DNA from: a virus
Lineage: Duplodnaviria; Heunggongvirae; Uroviricota; Caudoviricetes
Strand: one strand, 5' to 3'
IMG/VR virus record: IMGVR_UViG_2654587792_000015
DNA length: 8,026 nt
Both the position numbers and the translations under genes were made by a program. A model generated the notes under the pieces. That model was not told where the DNA came from, ran no database searches, and saw only the letters and a list, made by a program, of their open reading frames with translations. Of this stretch, positions 1-7,507 are shown piece by piece. Position 1 is the stretch's first letter. Each line of letters starts with the position of its first letter.

Positions 1-95
1 CCGATAAACCGGGTCGGCGAACTGCTCCCCTGGCGCGTAGCACTGCCGACTGAATAACACATCCCCGTCAATACGGTTCTTGCTGCACGCTTACG

Positions 96-1571
96 TTGAT
101 CATGAATGGGCAGCATACCGAGTTTAATCGCCTTCTCGGGCTCGGTAATGAATTACTTCAGCAGCGACAGGGGCTGGTGAATGTACCGTTACGGCTACCA
201 CAGGCAACCCTGGATGATAAACAGCAGACTGCACTGAATAACAGCGAGCGCGAACTGGCTCTGTCCCGCCTGAAGGGGGAAGCCCGTGAGCGTGCCCGCT
301 TGGGTTATGCTGCGGATGATCTCGGCTTTGTGGGAGAGGCGTATCAGACAGCCAGACAGAATTATATCAATAACTCACTGGATGCCTGGCGAAATAACCA
401 GGCAAATAAACCCAAAGCGCATAAAAAGACCGAAGCGGAAAAAACAGAAGATATTTATAAACGGCTGATTAAACAGCAAAAAGAACAAATAGCACTGGCA
501 GGGCAGAATACTGAACTGGCTAAGATGAAATATCAGGTCAGTCAGGGCGAATTATCAACCCTGTCAGAAGCGCAGAAAAAAACGCTTTTGCAGAATGCAG
601 CACTCATCGACCAGAAAAAGATTCGTGAGCAGCTTGCTGCGTATGAAAGCAGCCTGGCGGACAGTAATGCCAGTACCCGGGCGTCTAACGACGCGCAGTT
701 ACTGGGATATGGTGAAGGCTCACGGATGCGTGAACGACTCCAGGAAATGTGGAGTATCCGGCATGAGTTTGAGCAGAAAAATAACGAGCTGCTGAGACAG
801 TATCAGGCCGGAGAAATTGAAGAAGCCCTGTGGAAACAGGAGAAAGAACTGAATAAAAAATATCTGGAAGAGCGTCTCAGCGATCAGCAGGATTATTATG
901 CAAAGGCCGATGCTTTACGTAATAACTGGAATGCAGGACTCCAGGAGGGGCTGACCAACTGGGCAGACAGTGCCACCGATTATGCTTCGCAGGCGGCAGA
1001 TGCTGTCGTTTCCACTATGGACGGACTGGTATCAAATATTTCCGATGCACTGGCCGGAAATGTTGTGGACTGGAGAAACTGGGGGAGTTCAATTCTCCAG
1101 GAAGTTTCAAAAATTCTGATGAATGCGGCCATTGTTAACGGACTGAAGTCACTCTCCGGTGCCGGAGGGTGGCTTGGTACGGTCGGCGGATGGATTTCGG
1201 GGGCGGTGGCAAACGCAAAAGGTGGTGTTTACACATCAGCAAATCTGAGTGCTTACAGTAACACTATTGTGGATACACCGACGTATTTTGCTTTTGCGAA
1301 AGGTGCCGGGCTGATGGGCGAGGCCGGGCCTGAAGCTATCATGCCACTGACACGGGCAGCGGACGGCTCTCTTGGGGTCAGAGCCATTGGCAATGTGAAT
1401 AGTGGCGGGGGGGTTGTTTATTCTCCCGTGTATCACATCAGCATTCAGAATCAAGGGAGCAATGGCGAGATAGATGCGCGCTCAGCCAGGGGACTGGTGG
1501 ATCTGATCGACAGCAGGGTTGTGTCAATTATGCAGTCATCGCGTCGGGATGGAGGATTGTACAGTGCCTGA
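96..1571 (+). CDS. H: Phage tail tape measure protein (lambda gpH-like), C-terminal ~490 codons only; probably a 5'-truncated remnant rather than a complete gene
   Basis: Open frame 96-1571 (TTG at 96, first ATG at 102), ending ...RRDGGLYSA then TGA at 1569-1571. The Gly-rich, hydrophobic C-terminal segment (NWNAGLQEGLTNWADSATDYASQ...ILMNAAIVNGL...) and the Q/E/K/R-rich coiled-coil-like region before it match the C-terminal architecture of lambdoid tape measure proteins, and the ORF sits immediately upstream of M-L-K-I-J. No Shine-Dalgarno motif precedes 96 or 102, and all three forward frames contain stops within nt 1-57 (frame 0 TGA 51-53, frame 1 TAA 55-57, frame 2 TAA 5-7 and TAG 38-40). 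Confidence 0.75.
   Translation: MIMNGQHTEFNRLLGLGNELLQQRQGLVNVPLRLPQATLDDKQQTALNNSERELALSRLKGEARERARLGYAADDLGFVGEAYQTARQNYINNSLDAWRNNQANKPKAHKKTEAEKTEDIYKRLIKQQKEQIALAGQNTELAKMKYQVSQGELSTLSEAQKKTLLQNAALIDQKKIREQLAAYESSLADSNASTRASNDAQLLGYGEGSRMRERLQEMWSIRHEFEQKNNELLRQYQAGEIEEALWKQEKELNKKYLEERLSDQQDYYAKADALRNNWNAGLQEGLTNWADSATDYASQAADAVVSTMDGLVSNISDALAGNVVDWRNWGSSILQEVSKILMNAAIVNGLKSLSGAGGWLGTVGGWISGAVANAKGGVYTSANLSAYSNTIVDTPTYFAFAKGAGLMGEAGPEAIMPLTRAADGSLGVRAIGNVNSGGGVVYSPVYHISIQNQGSNGEIDARSARGLVDLIDSRVVSIMQSSRRDGGLYSA
1549..1571 (+). promoter_or_regulatory. H/M translational-coupling junction: Shine-Dalgarno GGAGG plus overlapping stop and start
   Basis: GGAGG at 1551-1555, GTG 1564-1566, H stop TGA 1569-1571 (GTGCCTGA). 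Confidence 0.5.
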
Positions 1572-1905
1572 GCCTGAAGTTTTTAACTGGATCCCCCGTG
1601 AGGGGATGGAGACGACACGAAAGCCATCAGTTATTACGGTAAAGTTTGGTGACGGATATGAACAGCGACGGGCTGGTGGTCTGAATGCGGATCTGAAAAC
1701 GTTTAAACCGGTATTTCGTGTCACAGATGAATATTCCCGTGCCGCGCTGGACAGTTTTTTATCCCGTCATGCCGGGATTCGTGCTTTTTTGTGGCGTCCG
1801 CCAAAACACAACAGGACTGTCCGGGTTGTCTGCAGGGAGTGGAGCATTTCGGATAATGCCATGTATACCGATTTTAACTGTACCTTTGAAGAGGTCACTC
1901 ACTGA
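1564..1905 (+). CDS. M: Phage minor tail protein M (lambda gpM-like)
   Basis: Frame-1 ORF containing ...VKFGDGYEQRRAGGLNADLKT...FLWRPP..., which I recognise as gpM-like. Preferred start is GTG 1564, preceded by GGAGG at 1551-1555 (8-nt spacer) and overlapping the H stop (GTGCCTGA); an alternative in-frame ATG at 1549 has no Shine-Dalgarno motif. The stop TGA at 1903-1905 overlaps the L start ATG at 1905-1907. Confidence 0.85.
   Translation: MPEPEVFNWIPREGMETTRKPSVITVKFGDGYEQRRAGGLNADLKTFKPVFRVTDEYSRAALDSFLSRHAGIRAFLWRPPKHNRTVRVVCREWSISDNAMYTDFNCTFEEVTH
1672..1679 (+). other. Chi octamer 5'-GCTGGTGG-3' (RecBCD recombination hotspot motif) inside M
   Basis: Exact match GCTGGTGG at 1672-1679 on the + strand. 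A single occurrence is near chance expectation, so functional significance is uncertain. Confidence 0.4.
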
Positions 1906-2604
1906 TGCAGGATATACAGCAGGAAACACTCAATGAGTGCACTAAAACGGAGCAATCCGCGCAGCATCGTGCTCTGGGAAATCGACCTGACAGAGGTCGG
2001 CGGAGAACGTTATTTCTTCTGTAATGAGCAGAACGAAAAAGGTGAACCAGTCACCTGGCAGGGGCGACAGTATCAGCCCTATCCCATTCAGGGAAGCGGA
2101 TTTGAAATGAATGGCAAAGGCACCAGTACGCGCCCCACGCTGACGGTTTCTAACCTGTACGGTATGGTCACCGGGATGGCGGAAGACATGCAGAGTCTGG
2201 TCGGCGGAACGGTGGTCAGGCGTAAGGTTTACGCCCGTTTTCTGGATGCGGTGAACTTCGTCAACGGAAACAGTGACGCCGATCCGGAGCAGGAGGTGAT
2301 CAGCCGCTGGCGCATCGAGCAGTGCAGCGAACTGAGCGCGGTCAGTGCCTCCTTTGTACTGTCCACGCCGACGGAAACGGACGGCGCCGTTTTTCCGGGC
2401 CGCATCATGCTGGCCAACACCTGCACCTGGACCTATCGCGGTGACGAGTGCGGTTATCACGGTCCGGCGGTCGCGGATGAATATGACCAGCCGACGTCCG
2501 ATATCACGAAGGATAAATGCAGCAAATGCCTGAGCGGCTGTAAGTTCCGCAATAACGTCGGCAACTTTGGCGGCTTCCTTTCCATTAACAAACTTTCGCA
2601 GTAA
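1905..2604 (+). pseudogene. L: Phage minor tail protein L (lambda gpL-like), reading frame disrupted by an apparent 1-nt insertion near 1959-1962
   Basis: ATG 1905 (coupled to the M stop) opens frame 0: MQDIQQETLNECTKTEQSA..., which hits TAA at 2022-2024 after 39 codons. Homology continues in the +1 frame from 1963 (SIVLWEIDLTEVGGERYFFCNEQNEKGEPVTWQGRQYQPYPIQ...) to TAA at 2602-2604; the six-frame track shows only the +1 piece (1933-2604). Joining the two gives 19 + 213 = 232 aa, the length I recall for lambda gpL. Confidence 0.8.
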
Positions 2605-2609
2605 ATCCC

Positions 2610-3353
2610 ATGACACAGACAGAATCAGCGATTCTGGCGCACGCCCGGCGATGTGCGCCAGCGGAGTCGTGCGGCTTCGTGGTAAGAACGCCGGAGGGGG
2701 AAAGATATTTCCCCTGCGTGAATATCTCCGGTGAGCCGGAGGCGTATTTCCGTATGTCGCCGGAAGACTGGCTGCAGGCAGAAATGCAGGGTGAGATTGT
2801 GGCGCTGGTCCACAGCCACCCCGGTGGTCTGCCCTGGCTGAGTGAGGCCGACCGGCGGCTGCAGGTGCAGAGTGATTTGCCGTGGTGGCTGGTCTGCCGG
2901 GGGACGATTCATAAGTTCCGCTGTGTGCCGCATCTCACCGGGCGGCGCTTTGAGCACGGTGTGACGGACTGTTACACACTGTTCCGGGATGCTTATCATC
3001 TGGCGGGGATTGAGATGCCGGACTTTCATCGTGAGGATGACTGGTGGCGTAACGGCCAGAATCTCTATCTGGATAATCTGGAGGCGACGGGGCTGTATCA
3101 GGTGCCGTTGTCAGCGGCACAGCCGGGCGATGTGCTGCTGTGCTGTTTTGGTTCATCGGTGCCGAATCATGCCGCTATTTACTGCGGCGACGGCGAGCTG
3201 CTGCACCATATTCCTGAACAACTGAGCAAACGAGAGAGGTATACCGACAAATGGCAGCGACGCACACACTCCCTCTGGCGTCACCGGGCATGGCACGCAT
3301 CTGCCTTTACGGGGATTTGCAACGATTTGGCCGCCGCATCGACCTTCGTGTGA
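2610..3353 (+). CDS. K: Phage tail tip assembly protein K (lambda gpK-like), with an N-terminal MPN/JAMM-like motif and a C-terminal NlpC/P60-like region
   Basis: Uninterrupted 247-codon ORF starting 5 nt after the L stop. A JAMM-type motif H-x-H-x7-S-x2-D is present (HSHPGGLPWLSEAD, about nt 2811-2852), and candidate NlpC/P60 Cys and His lie in VTDCYTLF and PNHAAIY. The 3' end overlaps the I start by 103 nt in a different frame, as in lambda. Confidence 0.9.
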   Translation: MTQTESAILAHARRCAPAESCGFVVRTPEGERYFPCVNISGEPEAYFRMSPEDWLQAEMQGEIVALVHSHPGGLPWLSEADRRLQVQSDLPWWLVCRGTIHKFRCVPHLTGRRFEHGVTDCYTLFRDAYHLAGIEMPDFHREDDWWRNGQNLYLDNLEATGLYQVPLSAAQPGDVLLCCFGSSVPNHAAIYCGDGELLHHIPEQLSKRERYTDKWQRRTHSLWRHRAWHASAFTGICNDLAAASTFV

Positions 3354-3899
3354 AAACGGGGGCCGAAGCCATCCGGGCACTGGCCACACAGATCCCGGCG
3401 TTTCGTCAGAAACTGAACGAGGGCTGGTATCAGGTGCGCATTGCCGGGCGTGATGCAGGCGAAAACGAATTATCAGCCCGTCTTAATGAGCCGCTGAAAA
3501 ATGGTGCCGTGATCCACATCGTACCGCGTCTGGCGGGAGCAAAAAGTGGCGGTGTGTTTCAGGCGGTGCTGGGGGCGGCGCTGATTGCAGTGGCATGGTG
3601 GAACCCTGCAGGCTGGCTGGGAGCCGCGGCTGTATCGGGCATGTATGCGGCAGGGGCCAGTATGATCCTGGGCGGAGTGGCGCAGATGCTGGCACCGAAA
3701 GCCAGAACGCCCACGTACACACACAACAGATAACGGCAAACAGAACACCTATTTCTCCTCACTGGATAACATGGTTGCCCAGGGCAATGTTCTGCCTGTT
3801 CTGTACGGTGAAATGCGCGTGGGGTCACGGGTGGCTTCTCAGGAGATCAGCACGGCAGACGAAGGGGACGGTGGTCAGGTTGTGGTGATTGGTCGCTGA
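3251..3899 (+). pseudogene. I: Phage tail tip assembly protein I (lambda gpI-like), reading frame disrupted by an apparent 1-nt insertion near 3708-3713
   Basis: ATG 3251 (GAGAGAGG upstream, inside the K 3' end) opens frame 2: MAATHTLPLASPGMARICLYGDLQRFGRRIDLRVKTGAEAIRALATQ..., which terminates at TAA 3731-3733 (...KARTPTYTHNR). The conserved gpI-like C-terminus (...TTDNGKQNTYFSSLDNMVAQGNVLPVLYGEMRVGSRVASQEISTADEGDGGQVVVIGR) is in the +1 frame (frame 0) and ends at TGA 3897-3899, just before the J ribosome-binding site. The switch point is at or near the CCC run 3710-3712. Confidence 0.75.
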
Positions 3900-3917
3900 T
3901 GCAAAATGTTTTATGTG

Positions 3918-3937
3918 AAACCGCCTCAGGGCGGTTT
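3918..3937 (+). promoter_or_regulatory. Intergenic hairpin between I and J; possible weak terminator, attenuator or mRNA-stability element
   Basis: AAACCGCC (3918-3925), loop TCAG (3926-3929), GGCGGTTT (3930-3937), followed by TGTCGTTT. It lies between the I stop (3897-3899) and the J ribosome-binding site (3948-3951). Confidence 0.3.
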
Positions 3938-3959
3938 TGTCGTTTATGGAGCGTGAGGA

Positions 3960-6900
3960 ATGGGTAAAGGCAGCAGTAAGGGGCATACCCCGCGCGAAGC
4001 GAAGGACAACCTGAAGTCCACGCAGCTGCTGAGTGTGATCGATGCCATCAGCGAAGGGCCGATAGAAGGTCCGGTGGATGGATTAAAAAGCGTGCTGCTG
4101 AACAGTACGCCGGTGCTGGACACTGAGGAGAATACCAACATCTCCGGCGTCACGGTGGTGTTCCGGGCAGGTGAGCAGGAGCAGACACCGCCGGAGGGGT
4201 TTGAATCCTCCGGCTCCGAGACGGTGCTGGGTACGGAAGTGAAATATGACACGCCGATCACCCGGACCATCACGTCGGCAAACATCGACCGTCTGCGCTT
4301 TACCTTCGGTGTGCAGGCACTGGTGGAAACCACCTCAAAGGGGGACAGGAATCCGTCGGAAGTCCGCCTGCTGGTTCAGATACAGCGTAACGGTGGCTGG
4401 GTGACGGAAAAAGACATCACCATTAAGGGCAAAACCACCTCGCAGTATCTGGCCTCGGTGGTGGTGGATAACCTGCCGCCGCGCCCGTTTAATATCCGGA
4501 TGCGCAGGATGACGCCGGACAGCACCACAGACCAGCTGCAGAACAAAACGCTCTGGTCGTCATACACCGAAATCATCGATGTGAAACAGGGCTACCCGAA
4601 CACGGCACTGGTCGGCGTACAGGTGGACTCGGAGCAGTTCGGCAGCCAGCAGGTGAGCCGTAATTATCATCTGCGCGGACGCATTCTGCAGGTGCCGTCG
4701 AACTACAACCCGCAAAAACGGCACATACAGCGGTATCTGGGACGGAACGTTAAAACCGGCATACAGCAACAACCCGGCCTGGTGTCTGTGGGATATGCTG
4801 ACCCACCCGCGCTACGGCATGGGGAAACGTCTTGGTGCGGCGGATGTGGATAAATGGGCGCTGTATGTCATCGGCCAGTACTGCGACCAGTCGGTGCCGG
4901 ACGGCTTTGGCGGCACGGAGCCGCGCATCACCTGTAATGCGTACCTGACCACACAGCGCAAGGCGTGGGATGTGCTCAGTGATTTCTGCTCGGCGATGCG
5001 CTGTATGCCGGTATGGAACGGGCAGACGCTGACGTTCGTGCAGGACCGACCGTCGGATAAGGTGTGGACCTATAACCGCAGTAATGTGGTGATGCCGGAT
5101 GATGGCGCGCCGTTCCGCTACAGCTTCAGCGCCCTGAAAGACCGCCATAATGCCGTTGAGGTGAACTGGATTGACCCGAATAACGGCTGGGAGACGGCGA
5201 CAGAGCTTGTTGAAGATACGCAGGCCATTGCCCGTTACGGTCGTAACGTCACGAAGATGGATGCCTTTGGCTGTACCAGCCGGGGGCAGGCGCACCGCGC
5301 CGGGCTGTGGCTGATTAAAACAGAACTGCTGGAAACGCAGACCGTGGACTTCAGCGTGGGTGCAGAAGGGCTTCGCCATGTACCGGGCGATGTCATTGAA
5401 ATCTGTGATGATGACTATGCCGGTATCAGCACCGGCGGGCGCGTGCTGGCGGTGAACAGCCAGACCCGGACGCTGACGCTCGACCGTGAAATCACGCTGC
5501 CATCCTCCGGTACCACGCTGATAAGCCTGGTTGACGGAAGTGGCAATCCGGTCAGCGTGGAGGTTCAGTCCGTCACCGACGGCGTGAAGGTAAAAGTGAG
5601 CCGTGTTCCTGACGGTGTTGCTGAATACAGCGTGTGGGGGCTGAAGCTGCCGACGCTGCGCCAGCGCCTGTTCCGCTGCGTGAGTATCCGTGAGAACGAC
5701 GACGGCACGTATGCCATCACCGCCGTGCAGCATGTACCGGAAAAAGAAGCCATCGTGGATAACGGGGCGCACTTTGACGGCGACCAGAGCGGCACGGTGA
5801 ATGGTGTCACGCCGCCAGCGGTGCAGCACCTGACCGCAGAAGTCACCGCAGACAGTGGGGAATATCAGGTGCTGGCGCGCTGGGACACGCCGAAGGTGGT
5901 GAAGGGCGTGAGCTTCCTGCTTCGCCTGACCGTGGCAGCGGACGATGGCAGTGAGCGGCTGGTCAGCACGGCCAGGACGACGGAAACTACATACCGCTTC
6001 ACGCAACTGGCGCTGGGAAATTACAGGCTGACAGTCCGGGCGGTAAATGCGTGGGGACAGCAGGGCGATCCGGCATCGGTATCGTTCCGGATTGCCGCAC
6101 CGGCAGCACCGTCGCGGATTGAGCTGACGCCGGGCTATTTTCAGATAACCGCCACGCCGCATTTTGCGGTTTATGATCCGACGGTACAGTTTGAGTTCTG
6201 GTTCTCGGAAAAACGGATTGCTGATATCAGGCAGGTTGAAACCAGCGCGCGTTATCTTGGTACGGCGCTGTACTGGATAGCCGCCAGTATCAATATCAAA
6301 CCGGGCCATGATTATTATTTTTACGTTCGCAGTGTGAACACCGTTGGCAAATCGGCATTCGTGGAGGCTGTCGGTCGGGCGAGCGATGATGCGGAAGGTT
6401 ACCTGGATTTTTTCAAAGGAGAAATCGGGAAAACACATCTGGCCCAGGAGCTGTGGACGCAGATTGATAACGGTCAGCTTGCGCCGGACCTGGCTGAAAT
6501 CAGGACGTCCATTACGAATGTCAGCAATGAAATCACGCAGACCGTCAATAAAAAACTGGAAGACCAGAGTGCGGCAATCCAGCAGATACAGAAAGTTCAG
6601 GTTGATACAAATAATAACCTGAACAGCATGTGGGCCGTGAAACTGCAGCAGATGCAGGACGGACGCCTTTATATTGCGGGTATCGGAGCCGGTATTGAGA
6701 ATACGCCAGCAGGTATGCAGAGTCAGGTGCTTCTGGCTGCTGACCGGATTGCGATGATTAATCCTGCGAATGGCAACACAAAGCCGATGTTTGTTGGTCA
6801 GGGCGATCAGATATTCATGAACGAAGTGTTCCTGAAATACCTGACGGCTCCCACCATTACCAGCGGCGGTAATCCTCCGGCATTTTCCCTGACACCGGAC

Positions 6901-7440
6901 GGGCGGCTGACGGCGAAAAATGCCGATATCAGCGGTAACGTGAATGCGAACTCCGGGACGCTCAACAACGTCACGATTAACGAAAACTGTCGGGTTCTGG
7001 GAAAACTGTCCGCCAACCAGATTGAAGGCGATCTCGTTAAAACAGTGGGCAAAGCTTTCCCCCGGGACTCCCGTGCACCGGAGCGGTGGCCATCAGGGAC
7101 CATTACCGTCAGGGTTTATGACGATCAGCCGTTTGACCGGCAAATTGTTATTCCGGCGGTGGCATTCAGTGGCGCTAAGCATGAGAGAGAGCATACTGAT
7201 ATTTACTCCTCATGCCGTCTGATAGTGCGGAAAAACGGTGCTGAAATTTATAACCGTACCGCGCTGGATAATACGCTGATTTACAGTGGTGTTATTGATA
7301 TGCCTGCCGGTCACGGTCACATGACGCTGGAGTTTTCGGTGTCAGCATGGCTGGTAAATAACTGGTATCCCACAGCAAGTATCAGCGATTTGCTGGTTGT
7401 GGTGATGAAGAAAGCCACCGCAGGCATCAGTATCAGCTGA
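3960..7440 (+). pseudogene. J: Phage host-specificity / central tail fibre protein J (lambda gpJ-like), reading frame disrupted by an apparent 1-nt insertion at the A5 run 4714-4718
   Basis: ATG 3960 with GGAG at 3948-3951 (8-nt spacer). Frame 0 reads MGKGSSKGHTPREAKDNLKSTQLLSVIDAISEGPIEGPVDGLKSVLLNSTPVLD..., which I recognise as the gpJ N-terminus. After ...SNYNPQ (about 4715) frame 0 degenerates and stops at 4851-4853, while the gpJ-like sequence continues in the +1 frame from about 4720 ([39 protein letters not shown]...) uninterrupted to TGA 7438-7440. Removing one nucleotide in 4713-4719 yields a single ORF of about 1159 codons. Confidence 0.85.
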
Positions 7441-7458
7441 ATTTTATAACCCATATAC

Positions 7459-7483
7459 GGGCGCCAGAAATGGCGCCTTTTTT
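7459..7483 (+). terminator. Rho-independent terminator downstream of J
   Basis: Stem GGCGCC (7460-7465), loop AGAAAT (7466-7471), stem GGCGCC (7472-7477), followed directly by TTTTTT (7478-7483). It lies 19 nt after the J stop and before the lom-like ribosome-binding site. Confidence 0.65.
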
Positions 7484-7507
7484 ATTGCAGAAAAGCGAGA
7501 GGTAATT

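Noticed and set aside
286-795. Short forward ORFs (286-468, 595-795) inside the tape measure ORF
   Set aside because: They are alternative-frame readings nested within the long H-like ORF, with no independent support.
1942-2616. 224-aa reverse-strand ORF antisense to L
   Set aside because: Same reasoning: it completely overlaps the gpL-like coding sequence on the opposite strand, and its composition is consistent with an antisense artefact.
3595-3888. 97-aa forward ORF in frame 1 over the I 3' region
   Set aside because: The conserved gpI-like C-terminus is encoded in frame 0 (ending TGA 3897-3899), not this frame; this ORF is an out-of-frame reading of the same DNA.
1905-4853. Programmed ribosomal frameshifting as the explanation for the L, I and J frame changes
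   Set aside because: There is no canonical slippery heptamer or downstream stimulatory structure at any of the three sites. The known lambda tail frameshift is the -1 G/GT event upstream of H, and L, I and J are single-frame genes in lambda.
4750-6438. 562-aa reverse-strand ORF lying entirely inside J
   Set aside because: It is antisense to a strongly supported, conserved coding region. Its translation is Arg/His/Cys/Pro-rich with no recognisable domain and no plausible ribosome-binding site, which is typical of a shadow ORF opposite a GC-rich gene.
7420-7507. A dedicated promoter for the lom-like gene in the J-lom spacer
   Set aside because: Only weak -10-like hexamers (for example TATAAC at 7445-7450) without a properly spaced -35, and they lie upstream of the terminator; this is not enough to call a promoter from sequence alone.
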